DNA of 28,240 nucleotides, taken from the IMG/VR virus record IMGVR_UViG_2695420398_000010. One strand, given 5' to 3'. The notes below the pieces were generated by a model. It had not been told where the DNA came from. It worked only from the letters and a program-made list of their open reading frames with translations, and did no database searches. This DNA comes from a virus (lineage: Duplodnaviria; Heunggongvirae; Uroviricota; Caudoviricetes). Position numbers and translations under genes: made by a program. Of the stretch, positions 1 through 8,989 are shown piece after piece; position 1 is the stretch's first letter; each line of letters opens with the position of its first letter.

Positions 1-216
1 ATGAAATCCATGGATAAGTTAACAACGGGTGTCGCCTATGGCACCTCAGCAGGTAGTGCCGGGTACTGGTTTTTACAGTTGCTCGATAAAGTCACGCCCT
101 CACAGTGGGCGGCAATAGGTGTGCTGGGTAGTCTGGTATTTGGCTTGCTGACGTATCTGACAAACCTTTATTTCAAGATTAAAGAAGATAAGCGTAAGGC
201 TGCGAGAGGTGAATAA
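1..216 (+). CDS. S: Class II holin (pinholin), phage 21 S-type, 71 aa
   Basis: 71-aa ORF closely resembling the phage 21 S pinholin as recalled, with the Met1-Lys-Ser-Met4 dual-start motif (antiholin/holin) and two hydrophobic segments; stop overlaps the endolysin start (TAATG). Confidence 0.85.
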
Positions 217-713
217 TGTCGCCATCATTACGCAAGGCTGTTGCTGCTGCTATTGGTGGTGGGGCTGTTGCCATAGCGTCTGTGCTCATCACTGGTCCGA
301 GTGGTGACGATGGCCTGGAAGGTGTCAGCTACATACCATACAAAGATATCGTTGGCGTATGGACTGTATGTCACGGACACACCGGAAAAGACATCATGCT
401 AGGTAAAACGTATACCGAAGCAGAATGCAAAGCCCTCCTGAATAAAGACCTTGCCACGGTCGCCAGACAAATTAACCCGTACATCAAAGTCGATATACCG
501 GAAACAACGCGCGGCGCTCTTTACTCGTTCGTCTACAACGTGGGTGCTGGCAATTTCAGAACATCGACGCTTCTTCGCAAAATAAACCAGGGCGATATCA
601 AAGGCGCATGTGACCAGCTACGTCGCTGGACATACGCTGGCGGTAAGCAATGGAAAGGCCTGATGACTCGTCGTGAGATTGAGCGTGAAGTCTGTTTGTG
701 GGGGCAACAATGA
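216..713 (+). CDS. R: SAR endolysin (T4-lysozyme-like, GH24), phage 21 R-type
   Basis: 165 aa; N-terminal Gly/Ala-rich weakly hydrophobic signal-anchor-release segment ([20 protein letters not shown]) followed by a lysozyme-like catalytic region; immediately downstream of the holin. Confidence 0.9.
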   Translation: MSPSLRKAVAAAIGGGAVAIASVLITGPSGDDGLEGVSYIPYKDIVGVWTVCHGHTGKDIMLGKTYTEAECKALLNKDLATVARQINPYIKVDIPETTRGALYSFVYNVGAGNFRTSTLLRKINQGDIKGACDQLRRWTYAGGKQWKGLMTRREIEREVCLWGQQ

Positions 714-1177
714 GCAGAGTAACCGCGATTATCTCCGCTCTGGTTATCTGCATCATCGTCTGCCTGTCGTGGGCGGTCAATCATTACCGTGATAACGCCA
801 TCGCCTACAAAGAACAGCGTGATAAAAAAGTCAGTGAGCTGAAGCAGGCGACCGCCACCATCGCTGACATGCAGCAGCGTCAGCGTGATGTTGCTGCGAT
901 CGATGCAAAATACACGAAGGAGTTAGCCGATGCGAAAACTGAAAATGAAACTCTGCGCGCTGATGTTGCCGCTGGTCGTAAGCGCCTGCGGGTCAATGCC
1001 AGTTGCTCCGCAGCCGTGCGTGAAGCCACCGGACCCACCAGCATGGATAATGCAACCAGCCCCCGACTGGCAGACACCGCTGAACGGGATTATTTCACCC
1101 TCAGAGAACGGTTGATGACGATGCAGAAGCAACTGGAAGGGGCGCAGGAATATATCCGCACCCAGCGCATTAAGTAG
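710..1177 (+). CDS. Rz: Inner-membrane spanin Rz
   Basis: Start moved to ATG 710 (ATGA overlap with the endolysin stop); N-terminal TM helix then coiled-coil; near-identical to lambda Rz by recollection. Confidence 0.9.
   Translation: MSRVTAIISALVICIIVCLSWAVNHYRDNAIAYKEQRDKKVSELKQATATIADMQQRQRDVAAIDAKYTKELADAKTENETLRADVAAGRKRLRVNASCSAAVREATGPTSMDNATSPRLADTAERDYFTLRERLMTMQKQLEGAQEYIRTQRIK
930..1115 (+). CDS. Rz1: Outer-membrane lipoprotein spanin Rz1, embedded in the +1 frame of Rz
   Basis: 61-aa ORF wholly inside Rz in another frame; lipobox LVVSAC and proline-rich mature region, the hallmark of Rz1. Confidence 0.85.
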   Translation: MRKLKMKLCALMLPLVVSACGSMPVAPQPCVKPPDPPAWIMQPAPDWQTPLNGIISPSENG

Positions 1178-1198
1178 CTGGAGAAAAAACACGAATCT

Positions 1199-1561
1199 GT
1201 GGTTTTTACTGAGCGCGGTGTACACGGTGGAACATATGGCGGGAAGTTTGTTGCTTATGATTATGCAGCATGGCTAAACCCCGGATTTAAATATGCAGCC
1301 TATAAAGTCCTGGATGACTACTTCACCGGAGAACTTCAGCATCGCAACAGCTTAAGTGCGCAGCTCAATATGAAGTGTCATGAGTTTGATCAGAAAAAAG
1401 ATATGGCGAGCTTCTGTGGACAAGGGCTGGCGGCATGGCGCTATACGAAGCCAGTGTTGGTCGCTGAGATTAACTCCCTGGCTAACCAGCTGCAGATAAC
1501 GATCCCCGGGCTGTCCGGTATTTGCCGGTATGAAATTACCGGAAGGCGCGGTCGTTACTGA
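1199..1561 (+). CDS. KilA-N-like domain protein (moron between lysis genes and cos)
   Basis: 120-aa ORF with GTG start after a GGAG-like RBS; contains a GT[YW]...AAWLNPGF motif reminiscent of the KilA-N/APSES signature. Assignment is from memory of the motif only. Confidence 0.4.
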   Translation: MVFTERGVHGGTYGGKFVAYDYAAWLNPGFKYAAYKVLDDYFTGELQHRNSLSAQLNMKCHEFDQKKDMASFCGQGLAAWRYTKPVLVAEINSLANQLQITIPGLSGICRYEITGRRGRY

Positions 1562-1826
1562 GTAACAGCAGGCATTACAGCAGCCCTTCACTGAGGGGCT
1601 GCGATAATGTGAGGAATAAAAAACCGGCAGGGGAAATCCATTGAAGATTTGCCGGTGGCAAAAGATGGCCATGCTTTTTACCTTAGTAGCAGAGTTACGG
1701 AGTTCAACAACGACCGTCGCCGTTATCTTGCTGAAAGGCGTTTCAATGATTTTCATCAATTTATTCATCAGCAATGGTGATAATCACTCTCATTTTGGCG
1801 GGTCCTTCCGGTGGGGTGGCCTGCCA

Positions 1827-1845
1827 CGGGGCGGGAGCGTCGCGG
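1827..1845. other. Candidate cosN (terminase nicking site)
   Basis: CGGGGCGGGAGCGTCGCGG lies between the lysis genes and the small terminase gene and resembles the lambda cosN region (CGGGGCGGCGACCTCGCGG as recalled), differing at a few positions. Confidence 0.3.
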
Positions 1846-1885
1846 AAAAAGGCTAGTTTTTGAAATTTTATTCGTCATCACCACT

Positions 1886-1909
1886 ACTGTAATATATTGA
1901 TATTACAGT
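1886..1909. promoter_or_regulatory. 10-bp inverted repeat in an AT-rich cosB-like region upstream of the small terminase gene
   Basis: ACTGTAATAT-ATTG-ATATTACAGT, perfect 10-bp arms with a 4-bp spacer, inside an AT-rich and T-tract-rich stretch; plausible terminase or IHF binding site. Confidence 0.35.
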
Positions 1910-2014
1910 GTTTTTATTTTTATGGTGTCGATTTTGATTGTTTTTTGTTCATCGCTAACACCGTTTGCCTAAAGTTGTTCGCAAGATGCATGTTTAAAAC
2001 ATTCTGGAGCGGGT

Positions 2015-2509
2015 ATGGATCGAGAGTTGAAAAATCTGACGCTGAATATCAGTCAACTGGCGGCACTGTCAGGTGTACATCGCCAGACTGCTGCGGCAAG
2101 GCTGCAAAATCTACCCGTTGCAGGGGGGCATGAAAGCAACCTCAAGCTTTATCGGGTGGTTGATATTGTGTCGGCATTTCTGGCATTACCACCGCCGGTT
2201 GCAGAAGGCGAAATGGACGCGCATGAGCGCAAAGCCTGGTATCAGTCTGAACGTGAGCGTCTTAAGTTCGAACAGGAAACGGCACAACTCATTCCGGCCA
2301 GTGATGTCAGACGGGAGTTTGCCATCTGGGCAAAAGCGGTCGTGCAGGTGCTGGAGACATTACCGGATATTCTTGAACGTGACTGCGGTCTGCAGCCTGC
2401 CGCTGTGAGCCGTGTTCAGTCCATTATTGATGATCTGCGCGATCAGATAGCCCTGCGGGTGACTGAAGCAGGTGCGGATGATGAGGAGGAATTACAGCAG
2501 GAGGAGTAA
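2015..2509 (+). CDS. Terminase small subunit (Nu1-like, N-terminal HTH)
   Basis: 164 aa directly downstream of the cos-like region; predicted N-terminal helix-turn-helix and acidic C-terminus; stop overlaps the large terminase start (TAATG). Confidence 0.75.
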   Translation: MDRELKNLTLNISQLAALSGVHRQTAAARLQNLPVAGGHESNLKLYRVVDIVSAFLALPPPVAEGEMDAHERKAWYQSERERLKFEQETAQLIPASDVRREFAIWAKAVVQVLETLPDILERDCGLQPAAVSRVQSIIDDLRDQIALRVTEAGADDEEELQQEE

Positions 2510-4611
2510 TGCTGAATCAGGAAACCGCAAAGGCAGCACGAACCGATTCAGGTTATATCCTTCGCGCACCGAGACGAATGCGGGTTGCTGATGCCGTTGC
2601 TCAGTATATGCGGGTGCCCATGGGGGCAGGGAACTCAGTCCCGTGGGATCCGCTGGTGGCACCGTATGTTATTGAGCCGATGAACTGCCTGGCCTCGCGT
2701 GAATACGACGCAGTGATATTTGTTGGCCCGGCACGAACCGGCAAGACTATCGGCCTGATTGACGGCTGGGTGATTTACAACGTGATTTGCGATCCTGCTG
2801 ATATGCTGATCATTCAGATGACGGAGGAAAAAGCCCGCGAACACTCCAAAAAACGACTCGCCAGAACGTTTCGCGTCAGCCCGGAAGTGGTCAGTCGCCT
2901 GAGTCCGAACAAAAATGACAACAACGTTTATGACAGAACATTCCTTGCTGGTAACTACCTGAAAATCGGCTGGCCGTCAGTCAATATCATGTCCTCATCA
3001 GATTATAAATGCGTCGCGCTGACGGATTATGACCGTTTTCCGGAAGATATTGATGGCGAGGGGGATGCTTTCTCTCTTGCCTCAAAACGTACCACAACAT
3101 TTATGTCCAGTGGTATGACGCTTGTGGAGAGTTCCCCCGGCAGGGATGTGAAGGATGTGAAATGGCGACGGACTTCACCGCATGAGGCTCCACCAACCAC
3201 GGGGATACTGTCGCTCTATAACCGTGGCGATCGCCGTCGCTGGTACTGGCCCTGTCCACACTGTGGTGAGTATTTTCAGCCCTGCGGCGATGTGGTTGCT
3301 GGTTTCCGTGATATTGCCGATCCCGTGCTGGCAAGTGAGGCGGCTTATATTCAGTGTCCTTCCTGTTCAGGACGGATTATGCCTGAACACAAACGTGAGC
3401 TGAACGGACGTGGGGTCTGGTTGCGGGATGGTGAATCCATCAATGCGGATGGCAGTCGTTATGGTGATCCCCGACGCTCACGTATTGCGTCATTCTGGAT
3501 GGAGGGTCCGGCAGCTGCTTACCAGACACTCTCGCAACTCGTTTACAAACTGCTTACTGCAGAACAGGAATACGAGACAACCGGAAGTGAAGAAACACTC
3601 AAGACGGTTATCAATACCGACTGGGGATTACCTTATCTTCCCCGCGCCAGCATGGAGCAACGAAAAAGTGAACTGCTTGAGCAGCGGGCAGAGCCAGTTC
3701 CTTCCCGCAGTGTGCCGGATGGCGTTAATTTCCTTGTGGCGACAGTGGATGTGCAGGCGGGACGTCATCGCCGTTTTGTGGTTCAGGTAACGGGCTATGG
3801 CAGCCGTGGCGAACGCTGGATTATTGATCGTTACAACATCACGCAGTCATTGCGCGGTGACAGCGACGGGGAGAGCCAGCGAATTGATCCGGCCAGCTAT
3901 CCGGAAGACTGGGATGTCCTGCTGACGGATGTTTTTCATAAAAGCTGGCCGCTGGCCTCCGATCCTTCTCAACAAATGCGACTGATGGCAATGGCGGTGG
4001 ACTCCGGCGGTGAAGACGGGGTCACTGATAATGCCTATAAATTCTGGCGTCGTTGCCGTCGTGATGGCCTTGGTAAACGTATTTACCTGTTTAAGGGCGA
4101 CAGCATCCGGCGCGCAAAACTGATCACCCGTACATTCCCTGATAACACCGGACGAACGGGCCGACGGGCGCAGGCCGCAGGTGATGTGCCGCTCTGGCTT
4201 CTTCAGACGGATGCACTGAAAGACCGGGTGAATAACGCGTTATGGCGTGACTCGCCAGGTCCCGGCTATGTGCATTTCCCTGACTGGCTGGGGAGCTGGT
4301 TTTACGACGAACTGACGTATGAAGAGCGGAGCAGTGACGGGAAATGGAGTAAGCCGGGTCGCGGTGCCAACGAAGCTTTTGACCTGATGGTGTATGCCGA
4401 GGCTCTGGTCATTCTGCATGGATACGAAAAGATCCGCTGGCCGGATGCACCGGAGTGGGCGAGCCGGGAAACCTGGCTGGAGTGTGTCCCGGACAGTACC
4501 GAACCGTCACCCTCACCGGAACCGGTATCCACGCCTGTTAAAAAACAAAAACGGAAGAAAACAGTAACTGACGATGTTAACCCCTGGCTGACTTCCGGAG
4601 GATGGTTATGA
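2509..4611 (+). CDS. Terminase large subunit (gpA family)
   Basis: 700-aa ORF translationally coupled to the small subunit; ATPase-like N-terminal part with a Walker-A-like GPARTGKT motif and Cys-rich segments, typical of gpA-family terminases. Confidence 0.9.
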   Translation: MLNQETAKAARTDSGYILRAPRRMRVADAVAQYMRVPMGAGNSVPWDPLVAPYVIEPMNCLASREYDAVIFVGPARTGKTIGLIDGWVIYNVICDPADMLIIQMTEEKAREHSKKRLARTFRVSPEVVSRLSPNKNDNNVYDRTFLAGNYLKIGWPSVNIMSSSDYKCVALTDYDRFPEDIDGEGDAFSLASKRTTTFMSSGMTLVESSPGRDVKDVKWRRTSPHEAPPTTGILSLYNRGDRRRWYWPCPHCGEYFQPCGDVVAGFRDIADPVLASEAAYIQCPSCSGRIMPEHKRELNGRGVWLRDGESINADGSRYGDPRRSRIASFWMEGPAAAYQTLSQLVYKLLTAEQEYETTGSEETLKTVINTDWGLPYLPRASMEQRKSELLEQRAEPVPSRSVPDGVNFLVATVDVQAGRHRRFVVQVTGYGSRGERWIIDRYNITQSLRGDSDGESQRIDPASYPEDWDVLLTDVFHKSWPLASDPSQQMRLMAMAVDSGGEDGVTDNAYKFWRRCRRDGLGKRIYLFKGDSIRRAKLITRTFPDNTGRTGRRAQAAGDVPLWLLQTDALKDRVNNALWRDSPGPGYVHFPDWLGSWFYDELTYEERSSDGKWSKPGRGANEAFDLMVYAEALVILHGYEKIRWPDAPEWASRETWLECVPDSTEPSPSPEPVSTPVKKQKRKKTVTDDVNPWLTSGGWL

Positions 4612-4820
4612 ACCAGAATGATATCGAAGCCATGATTCAGCGTTATACGGAAGCTGAAATGGCGGTGCTGGACGGAAAATCCGTCACCTTTAATGGTCAG
4701 CAGATGACCATGGAAAACTTATCTGAGATCCGGCAGGGACGGCAGGAGTGGGAGCGCCGCCTTGCGGCTCTGATTACACGACGACGGGGGCATCCCGGGT
4801 ACCGGCTGGCGAGGTTCTGA
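4608..4820 (+). CDS. W: Head-tail joining protein, gpW-like
   Basis: About 70 aa following the terminase with a C-terminal RRRG.PG motif as in lambda gpW; start placed at ATG 4608 for better RBS spacing (track start 4602). Confidence 0.6.
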   Translation: MNQNDIEAMIQRYTEAEMAVLDGKSVTFNGQQMTMENLSEIRQGRQEWERRLAALITRRRGHPGYRLARF

Positions 4821-6328
4821 TGGCAATTCTTGATGATGTGATTGGCGTTTTTTCACCAGGATGGAAAGCGGCAAGGCTGCGTTCCCGTGCGGTGATCCAG
4901 GCTTATGAGGCCGTAAAAACGACGCGGACACACAAAGCCCGGCGGGAAAACCGAACTGCCGACCAGTTAAGCCAGTACGGGGCCGTGTCGTTACGTGAGC
5001 AGGCCCGTTACCTTGATAACAACCACGATCTGGTTATTGGTGTATTTGACAAGCTGGAAGAACGGGTGGTGGGGAAAAACGGGATTATTGTCGAGCCACA
5101 TCCGGTATTACGCAATGGGGCCATTGCCCGTGACCTGGCTGCGGAGATTCGCACCCGATGGAGTGAATGGTCTGTCAGCCCGGAAGTCACCGGGCAGTTT
5201 ACCCGTCCGATGCTGGAACGTCTGATGCTGCGTACCTGGCTGCGCGATGGTGAGGTGTTTGCCCAGATGGTTTCCGGGCGCATAAACAGCCTGACGCCTT
5301 CTGCCGGTGTTCATTTCTGGCTGGAGGCGCTCGAGCCGGACTTTATTCCCATGACCAGTGATGAGAGCAACAGGCTGAATCAGGGCGTGTTTGTTGATGA
5401 CTGGGGGCGTCCCGAAAAATATCTGGTGTATAAAAGCCGTCCCGTATCCGGACGGCAGATGGAAACCAAAGAAGTGGATGCAGAGCGAATGCTGCATCTT
5501 AAATTTGTTCGCCGTCTGCACCAGATGCGCGGGACGTCTTTGTTGTCCGGTGTGCTGATCCGCCTCAGTGCCCTGAAAGATTATGAAGATTATGAGCTGA
5601 CTGCAGCAAGGATCGCCGCTGCTCTGGGGATGTACATCCGCAAAGGCGACGGGCAGAGCTATGAACCGGATGGTAATGGCAGCAAGGAGAATGAACGCGA
5701 TCTTACCATTCAGCCAGGCATTATTTACGACGATCTGAAACCCGGCGAAGAAATCGGAATGGTGAAGTCGGATCGTCCCAATCCTAACCTTGAAACTTTT
5801 CGTAATGGTCAGTTGCGTGCCGTGGCGGCGGGCAGTCGTCTGAGTTTTTCCAGTACGGCACGCAACTATAACGGCACTTACAGCGCCCAGCGTCAGGAAC
5901 TGGTTGAGTCTACTGATGGCTACCTGATCCTGCAGGACTGGTTTATTGGTGCCGTCACCCGCCCGATGTATCGTGCCTGGCTGAAACAGGCTGTGGCATC
6001 CGGTGTTATCAGGCTACCCCGCGATCTTGACCGTTCTTCACTGTATACCGCGGTGTATTCCGGACCGGTGATGCCGTGGATTGACCCTGTTAAGGAGGCT
6101 GAGGCCTGGAAAATCCAGATTCGTGGTGGAGCGGCGACAGAATCAGACTGGGTACGTGCTGGTGGTCGTAATCCGGATGATGTCAAACGTCGGCGCAAGG
6201 CCGAAATTGATGAAAACCGCAAGCTGGATCTGGTATTTGATACCGATCCGGCCAGTGATAAAGGAGGCAGCAGTGCCGCAACGAAACGACATGAGCCGCA
6301 GCACACCGACGACCAGTCCGAAGAATAA
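4820..6328 (+). CDS. Portal protein (lambda gpB family)
   Basis: 503 aa from ATG 4820 (ATGA overlap with the W stop); the track ORF extends upstream to 4748 but that overlaps W. Position and size fit a portal. Confidence 0.85.
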   Translation: MAILDDVIGVFSPGWKAARLRSRAVIQAYEAVKTTRTHKARRENRTADQLSQYGAVSLREQARYLDNNHDLVIGVFDKLEERVVGKNGIIVEPHPVLRNGAIARDLAAEIRTRWSEWSVSPEVTGQFTRPMLERLMLRTWLRDGEVFAQMVSGRINSLTPSAGVHFWLEALEPDFIPMTSDESNRLNQGVFVDDWGRPEKYLVYKSRPVSGRQMETKEVDAERMLHLKFVRRLHQMRGTSLLSGVLIRLSALKDYEDYELTAARIAAALGMYIRKGDGQSYEPDGNGSKENERDLTIQPGIIYDDLKPGEEIGMVKSDRPNPNLETFRNGQLRAVAAGSRLSFSSTARNYNGTYSAQRQELVESTDGYLILQDWFIGAVTRPMYRAWLKQAVASGVIRLPRDLDRSSLYTAVYSGPVMPWIDPVKEAEAWKIQIRGGAATESDWVRAGGRNPDDVKRRRKAEIDENRKLDLVFDTDPASDKGGSSAATKRHEPQHTDDQSEE

Positions 6329-8300
6329 TTCCTGGTTCAGGATGCAGGCTGGTCACCAGAGTGACGCGGATATTTATATTTATGACGAGATTGGTTTCTG
6401 GGGTGTTACAGCGAAGCAGTTTATCAGTGATCTGAATGCACTGGGCGATATCACCCACATTAATCTCCATATTAATTCACCGGGTGGCGATGTCTTTGAA
6501 GGCATCGCCATTTTTAATGCGCTTAAAACACATGGTGCGTCCATTACCGTTTATGTCGACGGTGTGGCGGCGTCAATGGCGTCGGTCATTGCGATGGTGG
6601 GAAACCCGGTCATTATGCCGGAAAACACCTTCATGATGATTCATAAACCATTTGGCTTTACGGGCGGTGATGCGGAGGACATGCGCACCTATGCCGACCT
6701 GCTCGATAAGGTTGAGGCGGTTCTGTTACCCGCTTATGCACAGAAAACCGGGAAAACCACCGATGAAATTGCTGCCATGCTGGCGGATGAGACCTGGATG
6801 TCCGGTGCCGAATGTCTGGCACATGGATTTGCTGATCAGGTAACGCCAGCCGTTAAGGCAATGGCATGTATTCAGTCAAAACGTACAGAGGAATTTAAAA
6901 AGATGCCGGAATCCATTCGAAACATGATTACTCCGCCACGCAACAGTGCTCCACGCGTACAGGATGATGAACCTGCAGCCTCCCGGACGCCAGTGCAGGC
7001 AGCAGCACCCGTGGTGGATGAAAACAGTATCCGTGCGCAGGTACTGGCAGAGCAAAAAGCGCGTGTAAACGGTATTAATGATCTGTTTGCCATGTTTGGC
7101 GGGCGTTATCAGACACTGCAGGCTCAGTGTCTTGCCGATCCTGAATGTTCGCTGGAGCAGGCCCGCGAAAAGCTGTTGAACGAGATGGGGCGCGAGTCCA
7201 CGCCATCCAATAAAAATACCCCGGCTCATATTTATGCCGGTAACGGTAATTTTGTGGGGGACGGGATCCGCCAGGCGCTGATGGCGCGTGCCGGATTTGA
7301 AAAAACCGAACGTGATAATGTCTACAACGGGATGACCCTGCGTGAATATGCCCGTATGTCACTGACTGAACGGGGTATTGGGGTTTCCAGTTATAACCCG
7401 ATGCAGATGGTCGGTGCGGCGTTCACACACAGTACGTCTGACTTCGGTAATATTCTGCTGGATGTTGCGAATAAAGCCATTTTGCAGGGCTGGGAAGATG
7501 CCCCTGAAACCTATGAACAGTGGACGCGGAAAGGTCAGTTGTCTGATTTTAAAATTGCCCATCGTGTGGGTATGGGGGGCTTCAGTGCTCTGCGTCAGGT
7601 GCGTGAAGGGGCGGAATATAAATACGTCACCACCGGAGATAAACAGGCCACTATTGCACTGGCGACCTATGGCGAGCTGTTCAGTATCACCCGTCAGGCC
7701 ATTATCAATGATGATCTGAATATGCTGACCGATGTCCCGATGAAACTGGGCCGTGCGGCGAAATCCACTATTGCCGATCTGGTTTATGCCATTCTGACGT
7801 CTAACCCGAAAATCTCCACAGATAATGTAAGTCTGTTCGATAAAGCGAAACATGCAAACGTACTGGAGAGCGCGGCAATGGACGTGGCATCGCTGGATAA
7901 AGCCCGCCAGTTGATGCGCGTTCAGAAAGAGGGGGAGCGTCATCTGAATATTCGTCCTGCGTTCGTACTGGTACCGACGGCGATGGAGTCTGTTGCTAAC
8001 CAGGTCATTCGCTCCTCAAGTGTCAAGGGGGCTGACATTAACGCCGGTATTATTAATCCGGTGAAAGATTTTGCGACCGTTATTGCAGAGCCTCGTCTTG
8101 ATGATAACAGCCAGACCACCTTCTACCTGGCTGCGTCCAAAGGCTCCGATACGATTGAAGTGGCTTATCTCAACGGTGTGGATACGCCATATATTGATCA
8201 GATGGAGGGCTTCAGTGTGGATGGCGTGACAACGAAAGTGCGTATTGACGCTGGTGTCGCGCCAGTTGATCACCGCGGTCTGGTGAAATGTACGGCGTAA
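6273..8300 (+). CDS. Fused prohead protease (ClpP-like) / scaffold-like linker / major capsid protein
   Basis: Single uninterrupted frame; probable GTG start 6273 after AAGGAGG (alternative ATG 6291). N-terminal ClpP/S14-type protease region (GVAASMAS..., MIHKP), a charged linker, and a C-terminal major-capsid-like domain. Confidence 0.8.
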   Translation: MPQRNDMSRSTPTTSPKNNSWFRMQAGHQSDADIYIYDEIGFWGVTAKQFISDLNALGDITHINLHINSPGGDVFEGIAIFNALKTHGASITVYVDGVAASMASVIAMVGNPVIMPENTFMMIHKPFGFTGGDAEDMRTYADLLDKVEAVLLPAYAQKTGKTTDEIAAMLADETWMSGAECLAHGFADQVTPAVKAMACIQSKRTEEFKKMPESIRNMITPPRNSAPRVQDDEPAASRTPVQAAAPVVDENSIRAQVLAEQKARVNGINDLFAMFGGRYQTLQAQCLADPECSLEQAREKLLNEMGRESTPSNKNTPAHIYAGNGNFVGDGIRQALMARAGFEKTERDNVYNGMTLREYARMSLTERGIGVSSYNPMQMVGAAFTHSTSDFGNILLDVANKAILQGWEDAPETYEQWTRKGQLSDFKIAHRVGMGGFSALRQVREGAEYKYVTTGDKQATIALATYGELFSITRQAIINDDLNMLTDVPMKLGRAAKSTIADLVYAILTSNPKISTDNVSLFDKAKHANVLESAAMDVASLDKARQLMRVQKEGERHLNIRPAFVLVPTAMESVANQVIRSSSVKGADINAGIINPVKDFATVIAEPRLDDNSQTTFYLAASKGSDTIEVAYLNGVDTPYIDQMEGFSVDGVTTKVRIDAGVAPVDHRGLVKCTA

Positions 8301-8323
8301 TCGTCGCAGATAACAACTCTGAT

Positions 8324-8345
8324 GGCCCGTAAGGGCTTTTTTTGT
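8324..8345 (+). terminator. Rho-independent terminator-like hairpin after the capsid gene
   Basis: GGCCC-GTAA-GGGC followed by a run of 8 T; a second hairpin AGCCCC-TGAAC-GGGGCT follows at about 8355-8371. Confidence 0.5.
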
Positions 8346-8386
8346 ACCTGAAATCAGCCCCTGAACGGGGCTGTGCGGAGACAGTT

Positions 8387-8710
8387 ATGGCAAAGAATTT
8401 TGTAGAAGAAGGAAAAACGGTGGCGATTGTTGCCAGTGCAGCCATCAGCAGCGGAGATCTGGTGCAGGTGGGTGATATTTTTGCGGTGGCGCTGACCGAT
8501 ATTCCACAGGGTGAAACAGGCGACGGCATGACCGAAGGTGTGTTTATGCTGCCTAAGCTGAAAACGGATGACATGAAAACGGGTAAGAAGGTTTATCTGA
8601 AGTCCGGAAAAGTTCAGCTGACTAACAGCGGCTCTGATCCGCTGGTCGGGGTTGTCTGGGCAGATGCCGGAACCAGTGCAGAAGAAGTGCCGGTAAAACT
8701 CAATGTCTGA
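8387..8710 (+). CDS. Small head-associated protein (DUF2190-like; possible decoration/cement protein)
   Basis: 107 aa from ATG 8387 with a GGAG RBS; Gly/Val-rich beta-type sequence directly after the capsid gene. Confidence 0.45.
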   Translation: MAKNFVEEGKTVAIVASAAISSGDLVQVGDIFAVALTDIPQGETGDGMTEGVFMLPKLKTDDMKTGKKVYLKSGKVQLTNSGSDPLVGVVWADAGTSAEEVPVKLNV

Positions 8711-8978
8711 TCCCTTTTCCCGGCTGGCAGCGCGTATGGATGCGATCACGGTCAGAAAGATGGGAAAGACAGCCTCGATTAATGATGTCGATATGACTGT
8801 GATCCCGGGAGAAACACTGGCAGAGCTGAATGCTCTGTCCGGACCTGCGGTCTCTCTGGTGGTGTTTTCTTCGGGATACCGCCCACGGCGCGGGGATCGC
8901 GTTGTTTATGACGGACAACAATGGACGGTCACACGGCATGAACGCTTTAACGGTAAGCCAATGATCTTTATTGAGTAA
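8703..8978 (+). CDS. Head completion / head-tail connector protein (FII-like position)
   Basis: 91-aa ORF overlapping the previous stop, immediately upstream of the Z homologue; functional call is positional only. Confidence 0.4.
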   Translation: MSDPFSRLAARMDAITVRKMGKTASINDVDMTVIPGETLAELNALSGPAVSLVVFSSGYRPRRGDRVVYDGQQWTVTRHERFNGKPMIFIE

Positions 8979-8989
8979 AGAGGTGTGGG

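Noticed and set aside
1352-1856. 140-aa minus-strand ORF and 71-aa plus-strand ORF across the KilA-N-like gene and cos region
   Set aside because: They overlap a better-supported gene or the cos-like site and have no RBS or recognisable family. I looked for a bor-like lipoprotein on the minus strand, as in lambda, and did not find one.
4748-4819. N-terminal extensions of the track ORFs for portal (from 4748) and capsid fusion (from 6081)
   Set aside because: The upstream in-frame starts fall deep inside the preceding genes; internal starts at 4820 and 6273 or 6291 give typical coupled or overlapping gene junctions.
7359-7943. 194-aa ORF on the minus strand inside the capsid gene
   Set aside because: Fully embedded antisense to a well-supported capsid coding frame; no independent support.
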